DNA of 64,000 nucleotides, from NCBI GenBank assembly GCA_951406725.2, contig OX597818.1, forward strand, positions 4,154,001-4,218,000. Direction: 5' to 3'. Positions 1-10,368 of this stretch are shown here, piece by piece. The position numbers and the translations under genes are program-made. This DNA is from Octopus vulgaris (Eukaryota). The notes beneath the pieces are model-generated. The model was not told where the DNA came from. It did no database searches and saw nothing but the letters and a program-made list of their open reading frames with translations. How positions within the stretch are numbered: position 1 is the first letter of the stretch; each line of letters begins with the position of its first letter.

Positions 1-416
1 GGCACTCTCGTCTCGTAAACTCATAGTACATTAACTAAAAAAAATTCTAGTGTTTTTTTTTATGGAATGTTTAGAATTGTAATAAAAATAACTGATATAA
101 AAACAGAATATTCTAACTAAACATTAACTATAAACCTCAAATCTAATACGGTAAAAGAAAATTATAATGGTTTTACTATGAAGTTGAAGTAAAAATTCAT
201 CTTGACCAAAAGCATTCAGGTCTTGACATGCATGCATTGAACAGCAGAACGCAAATTATGTAAAGCGAACAAGCTTAAACACCTAGAACATGTGGTAACA
301 TCTGTTTATTCAAAGAATCTTAAATAACAAGCACAAAAGCAATAATTTAGTTACTAAGAAATTAAATTCTTAAACAGTCGTAATACAAATTAAATTAGTA
401 AAAAAAAACTACTTAC

Positions 417-458
417 CGCTGCCATTTTTGTATTTGCTGCGTCTTTCTATATTCTTTC
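417..458 (-). CDS. Possible 42-nt host exon (internal phase-2/phase-2 exon KEYRKTQQIQKWQ, or an ATG-containing exon encoding MAA)
   Basis: Minus strand shows a pyrimidine tract plus AG (tctctttttacttcaaAG) at 459-475 and a perfect GTAAGT donor at 416-411. Length is a multiple of 3 and there is an aaaaATGG context. No protein family recognised. Confidence 0.35.
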
Positions 459-1366
459 CTTTGAAGTAAAAAGAGATATAAGCAAGGGAGGTAATTAATA
501 CACTCTTGGGTTTTATTAACTCTTACAGTGAGAAACATTCCATTAACAAGCAAGCCAAAAAAATAAACACAGGAAGAAAGAGCAGATTTGCAGAATACAC
601 TGCCCATCAGAGAAGGTAAAAGACAGAAATTATGGAGTGGTTTGGGACAAACTATAAAAGCGATCATAATTAGGATATTGAATCTATGGAGTTCTGTTCA
701 AAGCACACCATTTCACTGGTCGTAATTTTTTCAGTTTTGGGTATTTTCAGAAAATGTTTCGAATTTGTATTCTACGAACTCTATCGTACAATTAAACTTA
801 AAATTTGGTAAATTTTAGGAAGTACATCCACACGAGTTTCACCAAGAAAAGAAGAAGAAAAAAATGCGCCGGTGAACGGGGTAGTGGTGAGAGGACTGGG
901 AACATTCCCGATGTGAATTTTCCAAGTCCTCTCTCTCCACTCCCCGTTCGTCAGCGCGCATTTTTTTTCTTCATATTCGTTTATTACACATTGTTTTACA
1001 CATATTACACTATTAAAAAAAAATTTTTGACAAGATCTGAAACTAGAGTTTAACTGAAATTTGTGGGGGGAATTAATTCCGAAGAAGTGTGGGGAGTACT
1101 ATCGGAAAATTCACACGATCCTCTTTTTCCCCCTCATAACTTTCAGGAAAATGGATATCTTTTACGGAAATTTTACAGAAACACCGGAGAGGACGTCGGA
1201 AAGTTCACATGATCCGTTTTTTTTACCTCCTCATAACTTTCAGAATCTAGTTTAACGCCCGGTCACCAAAACGAGAAAGAAAAAAACAGTCTAATAAGTG
1301 TTTAAAAAAAAACAGATGTAGAAAACGAATATGAAAACAAAAAATTACGCGAACTTTTGTAACGGG

Positions 1367-1894
1367 TGTGAGAGTTAGCACTTCCTTCTCTAAGCTTAGA
1401 TTCGAAATCGAATCCAAGAATCATCGGTCGTCAAATACCAATGCATGTATAGGCGCGAAATTTAAAGATCCTTTGTTCTGTCAAAAAGTGATTGATCATC
1501 TCCCTTTGACCTGCGACCTCAGCCATGTCAGGCGAAGTTCAACTGGACAAACGCTGACCTACTTAGTATGTCTATCTGTTGCAGTATGTCTATCTTTCTA
1601 GCTGTTTGAGATATTATAAATACAAGGGAAAAACAGTGAAAGACACACAATCGGAGCTGACACATCAGCAGACACCCCGCGTTTTGGAGACGACAGAGAA
1701 ATGCCTACAGGCTACTGTTCTGAATGATTCACGCACACACACAAACATATTCATCTTTAATATGTGTTCTATACAAGCAATGCGTAGCATTTGCTTACAG
1801 TTTTATGTAGTGTACTTATAACCCATGTAAATAAATCCCTTTTTAATCATGAAACAGTTTATGTATTTATTAATACACACACACATCCACTACA
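1367..1894 (+). repeat. 5' LTR (528 bp)
   Basis: Starts TGTGAG and ends CTACA. Matches 9499-10034 apart from about 2 substitutions and an 8-bp indel in a CA tract. Contains TATA-like and AATAAA motifs. Confidence 0.97.
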
Positions 1895-1896
1895 TT

Positions 1897-1907
1897 TGGT
1901 GACCCCG
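1897..1907 (+). promoter_or_regulatory. Primer-binding site complementary to the tRNA-Trp 3' end
   Basis: TGGTGACCCCG lies 2 nt after the 5' LTR and is the complement of the CGGGGUCACCA tRNA-Trp 3' end. Confidence 0.85.
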
Positions 1908-2013
1908 TCAAACGAATTGCGCCTTCCCTGGAACCAGCTTCATCAACCGCGTCGAAGAATTACAGCTTGCACATCACCCGGCAACGAAACACCTGAGAAT
2001 TCCGACGAACACA

Positions 2014-2507
2014 ATGGCCCTCCCGGAACAGAATCCAGCGGCCAACATCATACCTCCGATCGACATGGCATTCCAAGCAGCGATTTCTTTGAAAATTCCA
2101 CCATTCTGGATCCACGACCCTGCATTATGGTTTTACCATATAGAGGCACAGTTTTCCTCTCACAGATTACTGAGCGATGCGTCTCGACTTTCGCATGTTA
2201 TCGGTTCTCTGTCGCCAGAAATAACAAACGTTGTCCGTGATTTTATCATGGCACCACTCGGTTCTGTGTCGTACGACACTTTTAAAACCACGCTGATAAA
2301 CAGAACCTCCGAATCGCAACAGAAACGACTTCACCAGCTTCTGATATCGGAAGAATTGGGTGACAAAATGCCGTCCCAGCTTCTTCGTAGAATGAAGCAG
2401 CTTCTCGGAGATGAGAGCCTCCCAGAAAAAAATTTGAAGCAGCTTTTTCTCCAGCGTCTGCCCTCCAATACCCAGGTTGTTCTCGCTTCTACCAGAGAAA
2501 ATACATC
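2014..2507 (+). pseudogene. gag: Gypsy gag, N-terminal part (interrupted)
   Basis: LKIPPFW..DPALWF..IEAQF, LGDKMPSQLLRRM and LFLQRLP motifs. The reading frame is broken at ...STRENTS by the insertion. Confidence 0.9.
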
Positions 2508-2623
2508 TGTAGCAATATCGTTCTCTCATTGCTATCTTCACTGTTTGAGAAGAGTATTAAGAATAATTTCATTCGAGATTATAGACATCTTCGGCTAGTT
2601 CAACATTGTTGTAAACACTAATT

Positions 2624-2775
2624 CGATTGGCTGACACGTGGTCTCTACTACGTTCACACCGCTGGTTATCACGTGACGCGATTTGCCTTCGCTTATTTTC
2701 GCGCCATAGTTCCAAGCAACCAATCACAGCTTTCCATTTCTGAAGTTCACTGGGAGCCGGGTGAAGCTTATAAAA
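2624..2775 (+). promoter_or_regulatory. LTR U3-type Pol II promoter
   Basis: ATTGG and CCAATCA boxes, two CACGTG E-boxes, and TATAAAA at 2769-2775, about 145 nt before the ATG at 2919. Confidence 0.55.
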
Positions 2776-2918
2776 CAAGGTTTCTCAGAAAAATATCCGT
2801 CTGAGGCTTCCAGTCTTTGAGTTAGTTAGTAGGAGTTATTCTGGTGTGTTTATTTCAAGAGAAGAGGTTGTGAGTTCGAGTTCGTTGGAGGACGTGGAAT
2901 AATTTTTTTTTCTTGAAA

Positions 2919-4256
2919 ATGCAAGAGCAGACTTACGCGCGAGCGGCAAGCAGAGGCCTGGTTGCCAGTGAACTGGAAATGGAGGAGGTGGTGGTCGAAC
3001 AGAAGACTTTACAGAAGTATTTCGACAGTTTAAAGAGGGAGGGTGACTGCGTGATAGTCACACCGTCCGAGGAGGAGGAAAGCAGTGCAGAGAAGCGTAC
3101 TATAACGTACAGGACGTGGTGCGTGGAGTCGAAAAAAATTGAAGTAGCGGAAATAGAAGAAGTAGAAAAGTGTCTGAAGGAAATTGAGGGTGAACCCACA
3201 TTTTTCAAAAGAGGAAGGAAATATGCCACGGTGGTGGTGTATTTTAAAACAGAAGATGAGGCAAAAAAGAATGCAACAAGAATTTTGAAGTCGGATAAGT
3301 GGACTTTGCTACCAAGTTACTGCGGAAGGAGAGCAGTGAGGATGAGAATCAATAGAATCTCACCCGAATTTAATATGGATAGGTTGCTGGCGGCGGTGCT
3401 GTTTAACTGCAAGGATGATGTGGAGGTACTGAAGGTGGAGAAGTCAGCAGAGGTTAAGTGGTGGGGATATATGGTGCAGGTTCTGGCACACATAACCGTG
3501 CGAGATCTGTACAACATCCCGGAGGAGTTGGTCTACCCTGACGAAACACGGCTCCGAGTTGTGGTAGAGGGAAGACCCCCAATCTGCTATAATTGTAAAT
3601 CGAGGGGCCACATGAAGGATGTGTGCCCGCGGGAAAAAACAAAAGCACCAGAAGTTGTGATAGAGGAGGGTAAAGATGCGTGTGTGGAGGAAGCGAAAGC
3701 GGAGGGAACACGAATGGAGGAGCAGTTAAATGAGGAAGAACGAGCAAGTGCAGAAGAGGAAAAAACAGAAGATAGGAAGAGATCAAGGGTGGAATCACCA
3801 CCGAAAGATCTAAAAAAGAAAAAAATCAAAAGCAAGATAGCAGAAGAGAGAGAAGAGAAAACATACAAAGGACAGGAAGTAAAAGAGAAGGAGAGAGAGC
3901 GGCCAAGGACAGAGTTTGAACAAGAATGGGAGACAAGAGTGAACGAACAGTTGGAATCGTGTAAATATGGAAGAAGGCCTACAGGGAAAAACTTGAAGGC
4001 AGTTGTGATGTATATCAAGAATACAGAAGTGGAAAAGAGACTTGTAGGTAAGAAAGGGTTGATCAGGGTGAAGGTGAACCCAAAAGTGTATGGTGAAGAT
4101 GTAAAAGGCGTCATTATAGACAAAGAGACATACACAAAATTAAAAAAGATATTTAATGCTATGCATATAATGCATTATGTACGGTATGATAAATTACCAG
4201 ATGTAATAGACCAAATGGACCTATTGGATTATATGACGGACGAGCGTCTAATGTAA
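2919..4256 (+). CDS. Intact 445-aa LINE ORF1/Gag-like protein with a CCHC zinc knuckle and a charged C-terminal region
   Basis: Uninterrupted ORF. VVVEGRPPICYNCKSRGHMKDVC (CX2CX4HX4C) follows an RRM-like region, as in L1/Tx1 ORF1. TYA motif near the N-terminus. No ORF2 follows. Confidence 0.75.
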   Translation: MQEQTYARAASRGLVASELEMEEVVVEQKTLQKYFDSLKREGDCVIVTPSEEEESSAEKRTITYRTWCVESKKIEVAEIEEVEKCLKEIEGEPTFFKRGRKYATVVVYFKTEDEAKKNATRILKSDKWTLLPSYCGRRAVRMRINRISPEFNMDRLLAAVLFNCKDDVEVLKVEKSAEVKWWGYMVQVLAHITVRDLYNIPEELVYPDETRLRVVVEGRPPICYNCKSRGHMKDVCPREKTKAPEVVIEEGKDACVEEAKAEGTRMEEQLNEEERASAEEEKTEDRKRSRVESPPKDLKKKKIKSKIAEEREEKTYKGQEVKEKERERPRTEFEQEWETRVNEQLESCKYGRRPTGKNLKAVVMYIKNTEVEKRLVGKKGLIRVKVNPKVYGEDVKGVIIDKETYTKLKKIFNAMHIMHYVRYDKLPDVIDQMDLLDYMTDERLM

Positions 4257-5379
4257 AAGAATTAGAATTGTTAATTGTAAAATTGTATGATGTAAAGTTG
4301 TATTTTGAATGTTAACATGTAAAATTGTAAAATTATTGTACTGGAATATATGTAACTGTAAAATTGTATTGGAATATATGAAATGTACAATTGTATTTTA
4401 AACGGAACTGCGAGTTGGGGGTTCGTAAGCCGTTCCATCTCATTACATATAATTCATCTTTACTTCATATTTTATTTTTACTTTATGTACCCCATGTCCC
4501 GTCTTGTAATGTCCCCCTCTTCGTGGCCCCTTTGTGGGTAATAAAGAAACATCTTAGGTTTCAAGTCCTTCTCAGGGCGAACCTCTGACCACACAGAGCA
4601 TACTCGACCAAGTTCCAGTTCGAAAGGCAGGCGACCACCATTAATACAAGATGTTACAGATACCTCTCATACTGTTAGTGTGAAAATATCACCACGAAAA
4701 GAACGGTTACAGGATATCTATAACTAGAGAAAAATAACCAAGCAGAATATATAATGAAGACGCAGCGAAAACCAAGCGACAGACACAACTCATCGCCAAA
4801 CATCGAAGATTTAATTTGTACACAAGACAACTACAGATTTAGCTATAGCGGTTAGGTGAAAATCTCACCACGGAAAAAACGGCTACAGTTAACACATCTG
4901 GAAGTGTATTCATATCAAGAGAAAGATAAACACAACGAGTGATTCAATTAATCTCAACTACGAGACGCAACCTCTTGATATGGAACTCTTACACGGTACC
5001 TCATAAACGGTAAATCAATTATCTGTTCTTGGGTTCTAGTTCTTCTAAGAAGCCATCTGTTACTACCTGTTGCCAGGCTGATACCAACAACATGAACTGT
5101 GAACTAAATTCCATCGTCATTTCACTGGTCAGTACCTTTTACGCCTCACGAACACACAGACACAAAAACATGCTAACACTTACAAACTTCCAACATCAAG
5201 CATGATTGTAAAATATGTAAAATAAATAATGTATATATCTCAAAAAGAAATCTTGTTGTCATTCCACTTATGTGTTTTGCCGCTGCATGTAAAACTGGTC
5301 AGTAAAGACTCATTAAGAATGGGATCGCGTTCGACTGTGTCTCTTATACGATACGACCGAATGTGCTCCTATTTTTATA

Positions 5380-5770
5380 CATCCATTGAAGAACTGGCGG
5401 AGCTAGCTGACAAAATAGCCGAAGTACCACACAAATATCCAACGGTATCGACGGTGACGCCAGCCGCTCCCAGTACCAATCCTTTCTGTGCACAAACCAG
5501 TTCTTCCGAGATTTCGGACTTGCGTGCATTAATGACACAGCAAGCTGCTCAAATACAGATCCTCACAACCCGAATACAGGCCCTAAAGCTTAGTCCCCAG
5601 CATCGAAGCACCAGCCGATCGCGACGAGATGGCAGACGGTCCCGAAGCCCCAGTGTTACCCGCAACTCACATGACACGTATTGATACCACCGAACATTCG
5701 GAACACGGGCACAAAAATGTACGGTACCGTGCTCGTTTTCCTCACCCAGTTCGGGAAACGGCACAGCCAG
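5380..5770 (+). pseudogene. gag: Gypsy gag, C-terminal part
   Basis: IEELAELADKI, an SR-rich segment, and a degenerate (C)WYHxxFGxxAxKCxxPC motif with a TGG>TGA stop at 5682-5684. Confidence 0.85.
5753..5759 (+). promoter_or_regulatory. -1 ribosomal frameshift slippery site G GGA AAC (gag to pol)
   Basis: The gag frame reads GGA AAC and the pol frame (-1) reads GGG AAA CGG, immediately before the protease. Confidence 0.8.
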
Positions 5771-8735
5771 GAATTGGACGCGACGGAAGTTCCTGGCTCG
5801 CACCCACACAGTCGCCTGTTTTTTGTTTGCGATCGGGTAACAGGCACGCGTTTCCTAGTTGACACCGGTGCGGAAGTCAGCATCATCCCTGTCTCCAACA
5901 CTTCTGGAAAAAGAAAAGAGACATCAGCCTGTCTTCAGGCAGTCAACCATTCACCCATCCCAACCTACGGTGAACAATCCCTAACATTGAACTTAGGACT
6001 ACGCCGCACATTTCAGTGGGTATTCGTCGTCGCTAAACTGCCGACCCCTATCTTAGGAGCCGATTTCCTGCATCATTTCGGTCTCCTGGTAGACATAAAG
6101 AACAGACGACTTGTCAACACCACCACCAAGCTTACTGTGCGCGGTATAGCCGCTCGTATGGCCACAGTCAGCCCAACTGTATTGCTTACAACAACGACTC
6201 GTCACAGTTCCATCCTGAAGGAATATCCGGACGTCGCTCGACTAGTATCCCACAACCAGCCGATCAAACACGACGTTACCCACCACATCAAAACCAGCGG
6301 TCCACCTGTTGCTGCAAGGCCCAGAAAGTTACCACCTGATCGTCTCCAGGCCGTCAAGCGGGAATTCCAGCACATGCTCGACCTCGGAATCATCCGCCCT
6401 TCCAGCAGCAACTGGTCCTCGCCGATACACTGCGTCCCAAAAAAATCATCGACCGATTGGCGGGTTTGCGGCGATTATCGATCGCTGAATAAAAGCACTA
6501 TCAGTGATGCCTATCCGGTGCCTTTTCTTCAAGACTTTTCGAGCTCGCTGCATGGAGCTTGCATCTTTTCCAAAATCGACCTGGTGCGAGCATACAACCA
6601 AATCCCAGTGGAACCTGCGGACATCTCAAAGACAGCAGTTACTACACCTTTCGGAATGTTTGAATTCCTGCGTATGCCTTTCGGTTTACGCAACGCGGCA
6701 CAGACATTCCAAAGGTTTATCGACATGGTGACTAGAGGTTTGCCTTTCGTCTATGCCTACATAGACGACATACTCGTGGCCAGTAACTCGGACGAAGAGC
6801 ATAATCAACACCTTCACCTGCTATTCGAACGTCTCCGTCAATTTGGAATTGTTATCAACCCTACTAAATGTTTGTTCGGAGTTGCTTCCCTTCATTTTCT
6901 CGGCCATATAGTCGATAAAAATGGAATTCGTCCCCTTCCCGAGAAAGTCAAGGCCATCGTGGATTTTCCACCACCCACATCTCTCCGCAAATTAAGGGAA
7001 TATCTCGGTCTAGCGAATTTCTATCGACGGTTCGTGCCCCACCTCGCTGAGATAGCGCAACCGCTCACGGATTTGCTACGTCAGCGAACCTGCAAAAATG
7101 CAGATATAGCTCTGACCGAAGATCAACTCGCTTCTTTCGCTGCCCTGAAAAAAGCGTTATCTAGCGCTACCATCTTGGTTTATCCAAAACCAGACGCCCC
7201 ACGATGTTTACTCGTTGATGCATCCGATTCCGGAATCGGAGGTGTACTACAGCAGCTTGTTGACGGTATATGGCAACCGTTGTCTTTCTTTTCTAAGCGA
7301 TTAAAACCCGCGGAAACCAAATACAGCACATTCAGTCGGGAATTATTGGCGGCATACCTGGCCGTTAAGCATTTCCGTCACATGCTAGAAGGTACCAATT
7401 TTGCCATATACACCGACCACAAGCTATTAGTATATGCATTTAACACCAAGCCGGATCGCCACTCGCCGAGAGAAATCCGCCACCTCGACTTCATATCGCA
7501 GTACACGACGGATATACGCCACATCAAATGGACGACCAACTTAGCAGCCAATGCACTTTCACGCGCGTAGATCAATGCTATCCACACCACGTCTACAATT
7601 GATCTGGCACGTATAGCAGCTGACCAGGAGAATGACGAAGAACTTCTAAAGTTCCGGAATTCGTCATCTCTGAAATTTCAGCATGTTCCGCTACCATCAT
7701 CCACATCCCATATTTGGTGTGATATCTCCATTGGTTACCAACGCCCTTATATACCACAGAAATATCGCCGAGAAGTTTTCTCCGCTCTGCATTCTCTGTC
7801 ACATCCTGGTATTCGCTCCACTCAAAAGCTGATATCGACCCGTTTTGTGTGGACCAGTATCAACAAGGATATCAGAGAATGGACCAAGTGTTGTGTTGCG
7901 TGCCAAAAAGCGAAAATCCACCGGCACATAAAATCACCAATCGGTTCATTTTCGCAACCCGACGCACGATTTCAGCACGTTCACATTGATATCATCGGAC
8001 CCCTGCCACCTTCGCAGAACTATACACATTTGCTTACCTGCGTAGATCGTTTTTCGCGATGGCCCGAAGCCTGGCCCTTATCTAATACATCACCAGAAAC
8101 GGTCGCCAAAACGCTGATATCACAATGGGTTTCGCGTTTTGGCACACCCGCAACAATCACCACCGACAGAGGACGTTAGTTCGATTCCCACCTTTTCACC
8201 GAGCTGACTCGTCTCCTCGGGTGTAAACACATCCGCACTACGGCTTACCACCCTGCAGCAAATGGCATGGTCGAGCGCTTTCACCGCCAACTCAAGGCAT
8301 CTATCAAAGCAGCTCCAGACAGTTCTCACTGGTTGGAACATCTCCCTCTCATCCTCCTTGGAATTCGATCCACGGTTAAGGAAGAACTGGGATATACTCC
8401 GGCCGAACTCGTTTATGGCACAGCACTCACCTTACCTGGGCAGATGATCGAACCTGTTTCACAAGACTTTCCTGACCCACAACAATATGTGCACCGATTA
8501 CGGACATCCACGTCGCAGTTATCACCTTCAGGCCCCAGACAACAGAACGTCGTTTCACGAGTCCCAAAAGATATCAACACTTGGACTCATGTTTTCATGA
8601 GGAATGATGGGATACCATCTCAACTTCGACCACCATATTCCGGGCCCTACATGGTAATCAAAAGAGAACCCAAGTATTTCGTCCTCGATATTGGAGGTAA
8701 ATGAAATACAGTCTCGATTGATCGTTTAAAAAAAA
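5753..8735 (+). pseudogene. pol: Gypsy pol (protease, RT, RNase H, integrase) with 3 in-frame stops
   Basis: LVDTGA; YIDD; DAS...RELLA...TDHK; HHCC zinc motif; D(IIGP)...D(RG)...E(RFH); GPY. Stops at 7568, 8177 and 8702 with the frame preserved. Confidence 0.95.
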
Positions 8736-9485
8736 GCTTTCATCGAGGATGACTTACATTCAGTTCCCTCCTTTCCTCGAACAGACTCAACAACTCCAGC
8801 AAACACCACAGATTCTACACAACCCTGACACACCAAATCGGGAAGAACAGTTCGATGGCCAGCAAGGTTTGTGCAAGTTTTTCGGGTAAGTTCCGAACTC
8901 TTAACTTATCCATCTTCCTAAATGAAATGCATACATCAACACATAACCCACATACAAACCCAAAGAAATCAAAGAACATTTGTGTACATAAAGAAAAAAA
9001 ATGAAAACAAAAACGTTGTTCCACATCAACGGAAAACTGTCTGAATGAACATTTACGGAACATTTCACAATCGAACTTTGCCAATGAACATTTCTTTCAT
9101 TTTTGCATGTACATATGTTTTGTTTTCTCTTTAAAATGTTTTGCTTTCTTGTAAATATATTTTTTGCTACCTGTATGTTCACACTCATTTACAAGTCATA
9201 TTCTCATGTATGCTACCACTCGATCTTTTTCGCCACTGAAAGACACCTTGCCTCTATTAGACCTCTAGTGGGTCGAGTAATCAATAGACGCACATCTCTT
9301 TCAACGCGCCAACATATTTCTGCCTGGGCACATATACGTATTGCCCACCATATAGCACATACAAACAGTAAACCTTTGATTCATATTTTTATTGTTCATT
9401 TGTCTGTTACAATGTGTAAATTTTTTCTGCATACACACAAAAAATAACATTTCCAATATCGTTCGATCTCTGTGGCTTTCTCACT

Positions 9486-9495
9486 AGAAGGGGGG
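9486..9495 (+). promoter_or_regulatory. Polypurine tract
   Basis: AGAAGGGGGG lies 3 nt upstream of the 3' LTR. Confidence 0.85.
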
Positions 9496-9498
9496 TAG

Positions 9499-10034
9499 TG
9501 TAAGAGTTAGCACTTCCTTCTCTAAGCTTAGATTCGAAATCGAATCCAAGAATCATCGGTCGTCAAATACCAATGCATGTATAGGCGCGAAATTTAAAGA
9601 TCCTTTGTTCTGTCAAAAATTGATTGATCATCTCCCTTTGACCTGCGACCTCAGCCATGTCAGGCGAAGTTCAACTGGACAAACGCTGACCTACTTAGTA
9701 TGTCTATCTGTTGCAGTATGTCTATCTTTCTAGCTGTTTGAGATATTATAAATACAAGGGAAAAACAGTGAAAGACACACAATCGGAGCTGACACATCAG
9801 CAGACACCCCGCGTTTTGGAGACGACAGAGAAATGCCTACAGGCTACTGTTCTGAATGATTCACGCACACACACCCACACATACAAACATATTCATCTTT
9901 AATATGTGTTCTATACAAGCAATGCGTAGCATTTGCTTACAGTTTTATGTAGTGTACTTATAACCCATGTAAATAAATCCCTTTTTAATCATGAAACAGT
10001 TTATGTATTTATTAATACACACACATCCACTACA
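9499..10034 (+). repeat. 3' LTR (536 bp)
   Basis: Direct repeat of 1367-1894 with TG...CA ends, followed by TSD CGGG. Confidence 0.97.
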
Positions 10035-10100
10035 CGGGTATTGTTGCAGATGTGCAAGATGAAAGAAGAACTACTCGAAGTTGTAAAGAAATCTTTTACC

Positions 10101-10338
10101 TATTTCTTTACTACCCACAAGGGGCTAAACACAGAAGGGACAAATAAGGACAGACAAACGGATCAAGTTGATTATATCGACCCCAGTGCGTAACTGGTAC
10201 TTTATTTACCGAATCCGAAAGGATGAAAGGCAAAGTCGACCTCGGCGGAATTTGAACCCAGAACGTAACGGCAGACGAAATACGGCTACCCATTTCGCCC
10301 GGCGTGCCAACGTTTCTGCCAGCTCGCCGCTTCCTCAT
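10101..10338 (-). mobile_element. tRNA-derived SINE (family A), full length
   Basis: A box (TGGCAGAAACGTTGG) and B box (GGTTCAAATTCC). Central GCCTTTCATCC...AAGTACCAG block resembles the Meta-SINE domain as I recall it. 15-bp TSD AAGAAAT(C/A)TTTTACC at 10086-10100 and 10339-10353. Confidence 0.85.
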
Positions 10339-10368
10339 AAGAAATATTTTACCACTACACATACATGT

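Larger units (their letters stand above)
2508..5379 (+). mobile_element. 2.87-kb nested module (solo-LTR-like TG...TA shell carrying an ORF1/Gag-like gene)
   Basis: Flanked by the direct repeat (ATA)CATC at 2501-2507 and 5377-5383. Removing it restores gag ENTS|IEELAELADKI in frame. Has a promoter-like 5' part and AATAAA at 5221. Confidence 0.8.
1367..10034 (+). mobile_element. Full-length Ty3/Gypsy LTR retrotransposon, young but defective, with a nested insertion in gag
   Basis: Near-identical TG...CA LTRs, 4-bp TSD CGGG (1363-1366 and 10035-10038), PBS, PPT, gag and PR-RT-RH-IN domain order. Confidence 0.97.

Noticed and set aside
7568-7570. Programmed stop read-through in pol
   Set aside because: Two further in-frame stops (8177, 8702) and one in gag look like ordinary point mutations.
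8740-9480. env-like third ORF in the Gypsy element
   Set aside because: Only short low-complexity ORFs are present, consistent with an AT-rich 3' UTR.
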